A stretch of 34,674 nt of DNA from Chiloscyllium plagiosum (Eukaryota): contig NC_057751.1 of NCBI RefSeq assembly GCF_004010195.1, positions 3,124,251-3,158,924 on the forward strand. The letters are read 5' to 3'. Shown piece by piece: positions 21,425 to 33,719 of the stretch. A program made the translations under genes and the position numbers. How positions within the stretch are numbered: the first letter of the stretch is position 1; every line of letters begins with the position of its first letter. Under the pieces are notes generated by a model. The model was not told the origin of the DNA. It did no database searches and saw only the letters and a list, made by a program, of their open reading frames with translations.

Positions 21425-22629
21425 CTCACTTTCTCCTCCAGACTGACACAAAAGTCTAACAGCACTGAAGCAAACACATACTGCAGGTGTACTGCACGTG
21501 TGAATCAATTCACCCTCACTCTTTATAACACACATTCTCTATTTGGCACACATGCTCACACTCACTCTTACGAGTGTGTATACACTGACACTCTCACATG
21601 CACACAAACACACACTGTCTCTCACACGTAAACAGACAGGCTAAAACAGCAGGACTGCTGTCAGAGAAACACAAGGCTATTGAAACTGCTGAAGGCAGTG
21701 TGTTCTTGGGGCTTGTACTTGGCGGTGAAATGAGTGTATTTGAACGTGGTTGTGCTGATTGTGGAGAGGGGTCTGTGCACAGCACTCTGAAGCTGTGTGG
21801 GCTGAAAGGAAGGGGAATATTAATAGCCACTTCCGTCCCCCCATTAAGGAAAGCTCTCTCACCCCTCTTGATTTCGCTGTGAGGAAGGACTCAGTTGTTT
21901 GAAAGAGTGCACTCCATTTCCTCAGGAATGAAGCTTCATAAACAGACTGCGACCAGTGCTAATTAACGTGTGAAACCTTGGGAAAGGGAAGGGATTAGCT
22001 GTGTGCTCCATGGGAAAGGGAGCCCATTAATGGTGTGAAATGGGTGAACACTAATTGTCTCTCTGCTGCGTTTGGCTTGATGTGGGATTGTTTAAACATT
22101 GGTGCGGATTGCCAAGATGAGTCTGAGCAGCACTGCGTGTTACTGGGGAGGTTTCTGAGGAGGACATGACTGGGATTGTGGATACAGAGAGTGTGTCCTC
22201 AGGTACCAGGGTGATGCGTGTGAAAGGTCGGGGTGCAGGTTTTCCTTCACTCTGGCCTGTATTCACAACAGCAACTACAGGCTCCCATTCTCGGAGAGTG
22301 AGACAGGAGTGGTAGAGAGCAAATGGAGCAAGGGGACCTGTCACGGCCAAATGATGACATGGTTGACCTGTTCATCCAGAGACCCCAGGTTCAAATCTGG
22401 GACAGCATACCCTAGAATGTGAATCCAATAGAAATCTGAAATGTATGTGACATGTACCCTTGGAAAAACACTTGAGTCTGTAATCACAGATGTAATAAGA
22501 GAGCGATTAGAAATCTGATCACCTTGAGTCAGTATGCCTTTATAACTAGCTGACACATTGACTCAATCCATACGTCGAGGGATCCAGTGGGTATCATATA
22601 CGTTATATATTATGTATTCAGCAGAATCG

Positions 22630-22978
22630 ATGGTCTCATGGTATTGACACTGGATTGTCCATCCAGAGACCCAGGCCATGTTCTGGTGACCCGCGTTTGA
22701 TGGCAGATGGTGGAATCTGAATTTGATTTTTAAAAGTCTGGAATGAAGAGTCGAACGATGATCACAAATCCATTGTTGAATGTTCGAAAACCCCCATCTG
22801 GTTGATTGATGTCCCTAAGGGAAGGAGATCTGCCATCCTTACCTGGTCTGGCCCTACATGTGACTCCAGACCCACAGCAATGGGGTTGACTCTGAACTGC
22901 CCCCTGAGCAATTCGGGGTGGGCAATAAATGCTGGCCCGCCGAGTGAGAACCTAAATTTCATGAATGAATAACAAAAA
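22630..22978 (+). mobile_element. tRNA-derived SINE (partial second head at ~22355-22445)
   Basis: Degenerate A/B-box head (related copy GGTTCAAATC at 22388), body, and a tail GGGCAATAAATGCTGGCC...ATGAATGAATAACAAAAA shared with the LINE at 17213. Confidence 0.7.
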
Positions 22979-22979
22979 T

Positions 22980-23528
22980 TTGGATTTTCAGAAGGGGTTC
23001 ACTAAGTTAGGACACACTAAGCTGAGATCCCATGGTATTGGAGGTGATGCTTTTTTTTTGCCTTGCATAGAGGATTGGCTGGCTAATAGAAGACAGAGAG
23101 TTGGGTTAAAGGAGGAATTTTCAGGAAGGCAACCTGTAACCAGTGAAGTGACACAGTATGTGCGCACACACACCCACGCTCACACGATCCAATTATTTAC
23201 ATTACGTGTTGAAAACTTGGACATGGGAAACTGAATATAGCTAAGTATGGAGCTGACACAAACATAGCTGGGAAGGCATGGAGCAAGGATATGACAAACT
23301 CTGCAGATTAGGTGTGAGGTCAAAACCCTGGGAGATGGAATATCGAAGAAACGGAAGGTTATCCGTTTGAGCAGAGAGCAGTGGAAGAGCTGAATCTGAA
23401 GTAAATGCAGTAAGACTGCAGAATGCTTGAGGACAGAGGGATTTGGGAATCCCTGTGGACAGATCACAAAAAGCAGTCATCTCTGTTCAGTGGGGAATAG
23501 GGAAGGCAAATGGAATGTTGGCCATTAT
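22980..23528 (+). mobile_element. Old CR1 RT fragment (continues 24080-24665)
   Basis: LDFQKGFTK..HTKLRSHGIGG..IEDWLANRRQRVGLK..FSGRQPVTSEV; KANGMLAII at the end. Confidence 0.85.
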
Positions 23529-23532
23529 CAGT

Positions 23533-24070
23533 TCATAAGATACAGGAGCAGGATTAGGCCATTCAGCCCATCGATTGGTGCCCCACCATTTGGTCGTGGC
23601 TGATCTGCTCCTCACCCCTATTTTCCTGCCTTCTCTCCATGTCCCTTCAGCCATTACCAATTACAAACCTGTCTGACTCCTCCTTAAATTTACTCACTGT
23701 CCCAGCAGCATCCACTGCACCAAGGGGTAGCAAATTACACAGATTCACAATCCTTTGGGAGAAGGAGTTTCTCCTCAACTCTGTTTTGAATTGTGAAGGG
23801 CTTCTGCCTGAAACGTTGACTCTCCGGCTCCTTGGATGCTGCCTGACCTGCTGCGCTTCTCCAGCACCACTCTCATCTTGACTCTGTTTTGAATTTGCTA
23901 CCCCTTACCCTAAAACTATGACCTCGCATCCCGGAATGCCCCCACAACAGGAAGCCTCCACTCCACGTCTATTTTACCCACACCTTTTACCATCTTGAAT
24001 CCCTCATTTTTATCTCCCCTCATTCTTCCAAATTCCAGAGAGAAAAGGCCCAAACTGTTCGATTTCTCAA
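23533..24070 (-). mobile_element. CR1-family 3' fragment nested in older CR1
   Basis: Tail CATAAGATACAGGAGCAGGATTAGGCCATTCAGCCC and a reverse-strand ORF2 end; related to 26935-27510. Confidence 0.8.
23793..23880 (+). mobile_element. 88-bp Penelope-type insertion with 15-bp target-site duplication
   Basis: Flanked by ACTCTGTTTTGAATT at 23778-23792 and 23881-23895. Confidence 0.85.
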
Positions 24071-24079
24071 ATACTTCAA

Positions 24080-24665
24080 CAGGATTGGAATATAAAAGTC
24101 AGGGTCTTTTTTTTACAGGCACTAGCCCGACCCCAGCTGGGATCCTGTGAACAGATTTGGCCTCCTTCTCGAAGGAAAGATAGACTGACCATTAGAGGCA
24201 GTCCAGAGAAGGTACACTTGGCTGAGCCTGGGGTTGGAGGGACTGTCTCATCAGGAGAGCTTGCGTAGGCTGGGGTGGTAGTCAGTGGAGTTTTCGAGGA
24301 AGGAGAGGTGACCGTATTGAACAATGAGGCCTGAGGGAGAATGTCTCCCCCTGTGGGAGAGAGTGGGACCAGAGGGCATAACCTGAGGGCCTGAGGGGAG
24401 ATGCAGAGAGAATGTTTCCCCCTGTGGGAGGTCAGGGTGAGGAGGAATTTCTTCTGTCCAGATGGGAGTCCATCTGTGAGATTCTTGCCCACACTGGGGC
24501 CGTCCAGGCTGGGTCAGGAAGTATATTGAAGGCTGAGGCAGACAGATTTTTAATCATTGAGGAAATCACTCTGAGGGGGGAATAAAGCAGGAAAGTTCAG
24601 GATAATCAGATCTGATCTTGAATGATGAAGCAGATGCAACGGGATCAATGGCCTTTGGTGCTTTC
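24080..24665 (+). mobile_element. Old CR1 3' fragment
   Basis: GLEYKS...ALARPQLGSCEQIWPP.RRKD-like relics; small duplication of TGAGGGGAGA..AATGT..CCCCTGTGGGAG. Confidence 0.75.
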
Positions 24666-24972
24666 ATGTCCTCTGGCCTTCTGGTCTGAGCTTTGGTTAT
24701 GGAGACCCAGTCATCAGGCTCCTGTGTGGCATACATGTCATTGTGTTACTGTGAGAAACGGGGGCAGTGCGTGTGTGTGTGTGTGAGAACAGCTGGGAAT
24801 GTGCTCACAGCTTTTCTACTGATGTGCAGTCTGCACTTGGCTGCCCCACTCACTCAACAGTTTGCTGTCAGGGGTCTGTTGCACCAGTTTGACCCATTGG
24901 AATAGACTTTCTGACATTCCAAGTGCAGACAGCATGAAATACAAGGGACCACTGGTATAAAGCAAACCAACT

Positions 24973-25772
24973 TCTCTCTGTCTCTCTCTCTCTCCCTCTC
25001 TCTCTGTGTCTCTCTCTCTGTCTNNNNNNNNNNNNNNNNNNNNNNNNNNNNNNNNNNNNNNNNNNNNNNNNNNNNNNNNNNNNNNNNNNNNNNNNNNNNN
25101 NNNNNNNNNNNNNNNNNNNNNNNNNNNNNNNNNNNNNNNNNNNNNNNNNNNNNNNNNNNNNNNNNNNNNNNNNNNNNNNNNNNNNNNNNNNNNNNNNNNN
25201 NNNNNNNNNNNNNNNNNNNNNNNNNNNNNNNNNNNNNNNNNNNNNNNNNNNNNNNNNNNNNNNNNNNNNNNNNNNNNNNNNNNNNNNNNNNNNNNNNNNN
25301 NNNNNNNNNNNNNNNNNNNNNNNNNNNNNNNNNNNNNNNNNNNNNNNNNNNNNNNNNNNNNNNNNNNNNNNNNNNNNNNNNNNNNNNNNNNNNNNNNNNN
25401 NNNNNNNNNNNNNNNNNNNNNNNNNNNNNNNNNNNNNNNNNNNNNNNNNNNNNNNNNNNNNNNNNNNNNNNNNNNNNNNNNNNNNNNNNNNNNNNNNNNN
25501 NNNNNNNNNNNNNNNNNNNNNNNNNNNNNNNNNNNNNNNNNNNNNNNNNNNNNNNNNNNNNNNNNNNNNNNNTCCCATTCTCCTTCTGTCTCTCTCTCTC
25601 TCTCCATCTCGCTCTGTCTCTCTCTCTCTCTCTCCATGTCTCTCTGTCTCTCTCTCTCCATCTCTCTGTCTCTCTCTCTCCTTCTCTCTCTCTGTCTCTC
25701 TCCATCTCTCTCTCTCTCCCTCTCTCTCTCTCTCTGTCTGTCTCTCTCTCTCTGTCTCTGTCTCTCTCTCTC
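24973..25772. repeat. Long CT-rich microsatellite containing assembly gap (N 25024-25572)
   Basis: (CT)n/(CTGT) on both sides of the Ns. Confidence 0.95.
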
Positions 25773-26934
25773 GCTCACTGTGCTGTTGTAGATGTGTTAG
25801 AAGCATTGCAAGGCCAGCCGTTTGGAAGGGCATGTCAAGGTAGCAATGTCCATCCCCCACCAGCCCCCAGTGCCTGTGTGACCACGCTGGGTCACTGCAG
25901 CGGGGGAGGAGTCCGGCACTGAAGTGGGGGGGGAAGGGGGATGGGATTTGGCCCAGAATGCCGACATTTGGCAATGTAAGAATCCTTGGCACCCATCGCT
26001 GTGAGTCAGAGTGTTCCCCGAGAGACCTGCTCTCTCTATTTTAGTGCTTTCCAAACTCTGTTGACCCCTGGCAATGACCCTGCCTCCACTCGCCAACACT
26101 CTGGGAGGGGGGATGTGCTCAAGGAGCTGGGGGAGGGGCCAGGCCTTATTGGTTTCAGGCCCCTCCGATCCCCTCCCTGGAAAGCCCAGGCTGGCTGAGT
26201 CAACAACACACATCCCAGCAGCAGCAGAATGGAGCGCAAGAGCTTCTGGCTGCTTTGTGCTTAGCCTGGTCCCTTACCCAGATCCCACCCCATTCAGCTC
26301 TGCCCTCACCCCCTGTGTCTTGGGGTTGCTGAGATCTGGGCCATTGTAGGCTGGGATTGTCCACCCCTCCCCAGCCATGTCAAGCTGAGAGGGTTGCCAG
26401 GCAATATCAGAGGCCACGGAAGAAGCTGAGAACTCACTGTGATTCTGAGCTGAGTTAGAGGCCAACGGGCCAATACTCTGAGGGACGGCTGGTGAACCAG
26501 ATGGGGTTTGACAGGAATGCACATAGTATTTCAGCAAGTCTGTCATAGCAGGTGTTTCAGATGGCACCACCTGCTGACCATGCCCCCCCTCCCAGAACAG
26601 CTCTGAAGAACACCATCTCTCCTCGCTTCAATCCCCCATCAAGGAGAATTACGCCATCCTCCCATGTTGAATGTCTCTGTTGGCCGCCCCGTTGTGGGGG
26701 AATGTTTCCTGGTTTGGTTACTCTCTGAGCTGTGGTGAGTCTGTCTCCAATGGAACTCACTCAGCAACTCCCCCTCCACCACATGGAAGAGTCTGGAAAC
26801 CCAGGGGTGAGCTGGGATTGGCCTGTTCCTCTCCGCTGGGCAGAACCATCTCCATCAGTTATGGCTAATCTTGTCCTGTGGATGTATCCTGGCTGAGGTT
26901 CCAATCACACAGAGCGCTGTGTGTGAGCAGGGAC

Positions 26935-27510
26935 AACCTTCCATTAAGAAACCAGAGCAGGGGAGACCATTCGGCCCCTCTGTTCAGTCAGCTCACTCCT
27001 GATCTGTCTGTGTTTTGGATCCCACATTCCCATCTCTCACTAACCACCTTTGATCCCTCTGTCCAACACAAGTCTATCCAGCTCTGTCTGGAAAAGATTC
27101 AACGACCTCGGCTCCACCACTTTCTGAGGCAGAAAGTTCCAAACTCACACAACCCTCTGAGGGAAAAAACATTCTCCTCATCTCTGTCCTGAAACGGAGG
27201 TCCCTCATATTAAAACACTGTCTCCTAATCCTGGACTCAACCCCATGAGGCAACCTATTTTCCATGTGCCCCCTTGTTGGGAGCTCCTAATCAGGGTCTC
27301 CTAGACTTCAGTCAGGTCAGCCTGTCACTGGTGTGCGGTCCAGTGGAAACAAACCCAGTCTAGTGAACCTCTCCTCATCAGGCAGCTCATTCATTCCAGG
27401 GATCAGTCCAGTAAACCTCCCCTTATCTGCCTTCAAAGCATTTACATCCGTCCTTAAGCAGAGAGACCGAAAATATGCACAATATCTGAGTTGTGGTCTC
27501 TCCAATGTCC
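26935..27510 (-). mobile_element. CR1-family 3' fragment
   Basis: ERPQLRYCAYFRSLCLRTDVNALK...RFTGLIPGMNELPDEERFTRLGLFPL; FRTEMRRMFF. Confidence 0.85.
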
Positions 27511-27554
27511 TGTGTCACTTCCTTACTTTTACTCCTGTTAGTATAAAGGATAGC

Positions 27555-27675
27555 ATCTCATGCACCCAGACCCATTCCCCTCCCCTATATTTAAACCTGA
27601 CTAATGCACCAAACCTACACATCCCTAAGGGGCAATTTAGCATGGCCAATTCACTCCAACCTGCACAGCTTTGCA
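27555..27675 (-). mobile_element. HE1-like SINE fragment
   Basis: GGGCAATTTAGCATGGCCAATTCAC matches 31621-31645. Confidence 0.75.
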
Positions 27676-27684
27676 CCTTCTGGG

Positions 27685-27750
27685 TAGGAAGCAGGAATTG
27701 CTGGAGAAACTCAGCTGATCTGGCAGTGTCTGTGGACAGAAATGTTTTGA
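27685..27750 (-). mobile_element. Degenerate Penelope-type short element fragment
   Basis: TTGCTGGAGAAACTCAGCTGATCTGGCAG resembles TTGCTGGAAAAGCACAGCAGGTCAGGCAG at 21340. Confidence 0.5.
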
Positions 27751-30700
27751 TCCCAGTAAGTCTGCCTCAGAGAGACCTTGTGTACTCTGTAACACACGTG
27801 TACATGTTGGATGAGATGGGCAATGCCTTTGCTCTGAGCTCACGCTTACATCAGGTGTATGGCGGAGGCAGTAGGTGGAGCTCAGTGATTGAGTCCTGGC
27901 TCTGGGACACATAAGGAATGCAGTGTCTCACACCCTGTCCATGGAGGGTGGCAATGGCCTCTGTTTGACAGATATAAGCCAGCTGTGATTTCTCCCACAG
28001 CATTGTCCTTGCTTCGCCTCATGTCTGTGCTCATCTGTCCCACCGCACTGAGAGCTCCTCAGCCTTACGACGCTCTCCCATCTGCACGATGAAATGTGGG
28101 CCACAGCATAGCTGTTTCTCTCACCTTCCACCCACCCAAGCCTGACAGATCAATCATTACAGCCTTTACCCACTTCCCACCTCCCCTCGGTCCTGTCTGA
28201 ATCCCCAGGGAATCTCTCTCCCTCTCTCTCCCTCTCTCTATCTCCCTTCAAATGCAGAGACTGGAGTTGGGGAAGACTGAGGGGCAGTCCTACTCCTGAA
28301 ACACCCCTCTGTTGGACAGTGAACACACACATGAGGCTCCGTCCCTGCACCTTATCTACTGTCCTCCCAGGACCCTTCCTCTCCTCTCCCAGTCTCAGGA
28401 ATGCTCCATAACCTGGGCTACTTGGATCGCAGAAGCAGCTGGAGGGGGGGGCTGAGGGATGTATTACGAAGAAGCACTGGTTCTGAGGAAGGAATGGGGG
28501 TGTTGTGGATGTTGAGGTGGGAATGGATGGGGATTATCTGGGAGACAGTGAATGATGCTGAAAGGAAATGGGATAAGTGAGGGGGGGTGACACGGATGGA
28601 GTGAGGGACTGACCGGATTCATCCTTGGGGGACAGCAGCGAACTCAATGGGCAGAATAACTCTCTTTCGCACTGCACCACGTGCCTGTCTGTCCCAGAGA
28701 ATGAAACAGTGGTGGGGCTCATCTGCAGAAAGGAATTGAGGGAAAGCAGTGGTTTGAGACCCCCCCCCCTCACCCATCCCCCATCCCGTGCCCAAGGTGT
28801 GTGTTGGCCTGGGGTTGGGAGTCGGCAGGGTGTGATAGTGTCAATGGACAGGGATTGAAAGCTGAACTATGAGGATGGCATTCCGAGCTGAGATTGCATC
28901 CCCTGCTGTGTGAAAGCCTCACAGCCACCTCCCGTATCCCGATGGTAACCAGCGATGTATGACTTAATTGTCAAGATATTGGCGAGAACAGATGGAGTGA
29001 GCAGGCTGATATTTGTGCTGTGTCTGGGAAAGGGAGGGAGCTCTGGGATTGTGATACATAATTTAACAATCCGAGCCAGAACTCTTCAGGCGTGATGTTA
29101 GGAAAGGTTTTTCCACATGCGTGCACAGAGCTGGGGGGAAGGAAAATCATGGTCTGCATGAAAACAGTGATTGATTGAGCTGGAAGGTGGGAACGTTGTA
29201 TCATCCTGATGGTCTGCAGAGTCAGTGAGAGGCTGAGCCACAGTTTCTCAGAGATCGTCCCTGTGTGCTTCTTTCTCATGCAGGTGCTGACTGCCAATTA
29301 TCCAGAGACTGGAGTAATATCAGTCTCAGACTTGGAAAGAGACTGATGGTCACTCAAAGTGACAGAATGCACACGGAAATCGGCTGTGGAATTGTTGGGA
29401 TTTCTCACACCAAGAGTGCTGTAGGGCACCTAATCCATTGAGGTCGCGTGGTTGGGTGAGCTGAGAAGCTGAGGTGAGGACCCAGCTTTCCTGTCCGACA
29501 ACACTTCAACCCGCTCCACCAGAGGTCTTTAATGCTTCATGGCATGGAGCTCTGTCACACTGGGCTTACAACCGAGTGACAGTCAAAATCGAGCGGCATT
29601 TCAAAAGAAGCTCTGACTGTTCATTTTTTATTACTCACTCCGTTTCCCTATGGTTGTCTTATTTCACTTTATACCTTTTATATCATCGTCACTTGGTTCC
29701 TGAACCTACCTGATTCTCTGGCTCACCACAAATCTTTGTCACGTTGCATGTTTTTTTGTTAAATTCTATCTGATACATGCCTTAACGTCCTGAGTGAATA
29801 TCGGTTGGGTCTTTTCTTGAGTGAAGGCAGGAGGACGTTTCTAACTGAGTAAGCCTGACAAAAACAATGAAATGTGACAACGAACACATATACACAACCC
29901 TGGTGGAAGTGTTTCAATCAAAGAAAAGTGCTGAGTACAAAAAGGAAGATCAGGAGTAGGTTTTAAAGACTCCTTGTGGTGTGAGACTTTAACCTGAGAC
30001 CACAGGTGTTTAATTTATAGATATCCTTCAGTTCTCAGTGAATGGGTGTGTCCCAGGAGTTTACATTATCTCAAGAGGCTGAGGGAAAGGAAGTGTACCC
30101 AATTCTGCCCTCACCCGTCTCATTTCTTTCTCAATTTAACCCAACAGCTGTTGCCTGAGATTCAGTCCTTTTGTGTGTTCACATGTCCGGCTCCATTGTT
30201 TTTTTTCCAAACTGGGTAATCTGCAGGCAGCTCTCTTCCCAATCTGTAAAAATTCCCAAAAGGTGTGAATGAAACAGGAGCTTGGTGTCTTGGTCCAGCT
30301 CAGACTGAGTTGTGTTTGTTTGTGGTTTCAGGAGCTGAGCTTCAGCTGACCATTTACACTCAGTGTTTGCTGGAGCTACGTCAGTCTGTGAGACAGCCCA
30401 GAGGCTGAGAGGGGACAGGTCACATCGTTTGCTGTCTCGCTGTAAGATCTTATTCAAGGAGAGAGACAAATCAAGAAGATCAGTCTTCACACTTGAAAGG
30501 AACTGTCTCTTGTGTATGAATATAAAATCCGATTGGAAAGTGTATCGAAGGATATGCCAGGCTCTGGTATACAGTACAGTTTGAGAAGGGCTAATGGATC
30601 CTGTTCACGTCTGTGTTGGAATGGAGTGTGAGATGCCTTCGTGACTGTAGTAGCTGTGTTGGATTGATACTGTGATGTGCAGCTCTGTGATATCGGTGCA

Positions 30701-31189
30701 AGGTTGCTGTGGGGTCCAGGTGCCCTGGCTGATCTGCTCAGACTGAAAGGTGCTGTGTGTGTGTGTCATTGTGATGTTTCATGGTCTGTCACACCTCTGC
30801 TCCACAGGAAACCTCTCAAATCTGGGCACAATGGTCTCAACCCTGTCCCCTGTTCTCGCTGAAAGCTTCCTCCCATCATGTTGTCTCTTGGAGAGCAGTA
30901 CTGGGGTCACATTCCCTCTGAGTCACAGTCCACCCCCAGCCCAGATATCCCAGAGACCTCATACCCCATTGCTAGTGGTCACATGAGGTTCCTTCGTGGG
31001 ATATGTCTGATGGGAGAATGTGCACAGAGCCAAAACATAACACGAGACACCAGCAAGAAACCACCTCCCCAAAACATCCCAGAGTCTGAGTGACCTGTCG
31101 AGACAAGAAGCCAAGGCTACTGCTCTCTTGGTAAAGGCAGCTTGTTCAGTTCTTGAGTGAACCGCCCATTACTTCCTGTTCACTTATTG

Positions 31190-31500
31190 GTTCACACGTC
31201 TTTAAAAGTTGTGTCCTGAGATGTGGCCACCATATACTGGCCGTCCCTAGTTGCCCCTTGTGAAGGTGGGGGTGAGCTGCCTTCTTGAGCCGCTGCAGCC
31301 CATGTGCTGTGGCTTGACCCACAATGCCCTTCAGGGGGGGACTTCCAGGATTGTGACCCAGTGACAGTGAAGGAATGGCGATACATTTCCAAGTCAGGAT
31401 GGTGAGTGGCTCAGAAGGGGGACGTGCAGGGGGTGGTGTTCCCGTGTATCTGCTGCCCCTTGTCCTTCGAGATGGAAGTGGTCGTGTGTTTGGAAGGTGC
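31190..31500 (-). mobile_element. LINE 3' fragment (same family as 17213-17850), interrupted by HE1
   Basis: Colinear with 17215-17517; resumes GTCTGAGG at ~31820. Confidence 0.88.
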
Positions 31501-31815
31501 TTAGGTTAGATTAGATTAGTTTACAGTGTGGAAACAGGCCCTTCGGCCCAACAAGTCCACACCGACCCGCCGAAGCGCAACCCACCCATACCCCTACATT
31601 TACCCCTTACCTAACACTACGGACAATTTAGCATGGCCAATTCACCTGGCCTGCACATCTTTGGACTGTGGGAGGAAACCGGAGCACCCAGAGGAAACCC
31701 ACCCAGACACGGGGAGAACGTGCAAACTCCACACAGTCAGTCGCCTGAGGCAGGAATTGAACCCGGGTCTCTGGCGCTGTGAGGCAGCAGTGCTAACCAC
31801 TGTGCCACCGTGCCG
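31501..31815 (-). mobile_element. Full-length HE1 V-SINE
   Basis: Minus strand has tRNA head GGCACGGTGGCACAGTGGTTAGCACTGCTGCC (A box) and GGGTTCAATTCC (B box), V-domain, CR1-like tail and (TAATC)n end. Confidence 0.93.
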
Positions 31816-32924
31816 TGCAGTCTGAGGTATCTCGGTGAATGTCTGCGCTTGGGGTGTGATTGAGCAGGGAGCTGGATGAAGGATTGGTCAACGTGTTGCA
31901 GGGGCAGTCTCTCTGGACCCTGCAGCTGAATGGTGACTCTGTCAAGATCGCAGCACGCTGCATTTCAATTAAACAAAAAGACCGTAACGCTGCGAGCAGT
32001 GGAAGTGGGAAATCAGAAAGCACAAAGTGCTGCAGACACTCTCAGATAATGAACAAATGCCAAATTCAACTTCAGAAGGGTGCCCGGTCACTTGCTGTGG
32101 AGAAGGATACATCTACCGTATCGGAGGATTGGGGCAACTGGGGAGATTTGGAATGGGAGGGACAGAATGGTACCAAGACTTGGCGAACCGCAGCAAAATC
32201 TGTCAGAGATTTTGGCCGCAAGAAAGGTCGCTCTGACTTTCAATTCGGCACCAAACCCCCACAAAGTGAAGGTGGTGTGTGGCAGGTGAATCGGAAAGCT
32301 ACCTTGTTGGTGATAGCCCACCCCCCCCCCCCCCACCACCATCCAGTCTCCCGTCTCTGTCACAGAGAGGTATGTTGACCGGTGTGAGGATTGGTGCTTG
32401 AGTCATTCTGGCAATGGCTGCCCACTTCCAGTTATCAAGCTCAGGAAAAATGACATTCCGACCACTTCAAGTAAAATGGAAACACTCAAACTGAAAATGT
32501 TATGTTTGGATGCTGTGCTGTAGTTTGACAACCCAACTCAAAACTGAGCATGCGAGACTTCAAAAACAAAAGAAATTGCTTCCCCTGCCCAAAATCAATG
32601 TCGTTTTGCCTTTGGAATATTCCAGAACGCTGCCTGGGATTTGCTTCACTGATGTGGAATGCTTGCACATGACGTTGAGTTCAGTGTGCACATCTTCCTG
32701 AGACGTTGTTGGGTTGAGGACCGAGTGGGGAAAGGGAGATAGCAATGACCCTGGGTCTGGGTTACAGGAGCCTGTCCTCCACCACAGAGTCACACTCAAC
32801 CAATCTAAGGCCAATGGCCAATTCCATCGCTGCAATTCTGCCATTTTACATGTTCAGCAACATCAAAACAGACAGTAAGAGCTTCATAATGGACGAGAGG
32901 ACGGAGAGAAGTTACTGTCAGTGA

Positions 32925-33327
32925 ATCGAACATACAGTCAGACACGACGGAAACAGACCCTACTGTCCAACCAGTCCGTGCTGTCCATAATCCCAAACTA
33001 AACTCGTCCCCCCTGCCTGCTCCTGGCCCAGATCCCTCCAAACCTTTCCTATCCATGGACTGATCCAAATGTATACCCACATCCACCACTTCCTCTGGAA
33101 GGCCATTCCACACAAAAACAGCTCTCTGTGCAAAACATTTGCCCTTCAAGTCTTTTTAAAACCTTTGACTTCTCACCTTAAAAATATGCCCCTGAGTCGT
33201 GAAATCTCCTATCGTTGTGACAAGACACCTGTCCTTCACCTGGACTGTTTTATAAGCCCCCACAAGGTCACCACTCAGCCCCCTACACCCCAGTGAAGAA
33301 TTCCCAACCAGTCCAGCCTCTCCCTGG
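32925..33327 (-). mobile_element. CR1 3' fragment
   Basis: GDLVGAYK, GHIFKVR, FAQRAVFVWNGLPEEVVD and tail. Confidence 0.88.
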
Positions 33328-33344
33328 AATAGTGGACTGGGAAG

Positions 33345-33480
33345 AGGCTGGGAGAACACAGTAAGCCAGGCAGCATCAGGAGGTGGAGAAGTCAACGTTT
33401 CGAGTGTTACCCTTCTTGGCTTGCTGTGCTCTTCCAACCACCCGCCTGTCTGCTTTGGATTCCAGTGTCTGCACTTTGTC
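33345..33480. mobile_element. Penelope-type short element with inverted arms
   Basis: GGCTGGGAGAACACAGTAAGCCAG ... TGGCTTGCTGTGCTCTTCCAACC inverted pair; minus strand AAGAAGGGTAACACTCGAAACGTTGAC. Confidence 0.6.
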
Positions 33481-33719
33481 TGTCTCTCCCAATAACAGAG
33501 CAGACACAGTGAGTGTGTGGTTTGGGTCAGATATTCACGGCTGCAGGATCCAGATGGATGATGATGAGACAGAGACACAAGGGAGGAGACAGAGAGAGGA
33601 AACAAGTGTCACCGTCACAGGAGAGGTCAAAGTGCAGTAAAGGGATAAAGTGACTGCTCCCCAATGTGTTGCAGTGTATCCAAAGAACTGGATCGATTTG
33701 TGTCGAGGGTCAGCAAGCT

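Noticed and set aside
24816..25992. 260-374 aa ORFs
   Set aside because: Artefacts of the CT microsatellite and N-gap.
31730..31815. tRNA gene
   Set aside because: It is the tRNA-derived head of the HE1 SINE, with no complete cloverleaf or terminator.
9331..33480. An active hammerhead ribozyme
   Set aside because: Every copy has a mutated or truncated CUGANGA core, so they are reported only as relics.
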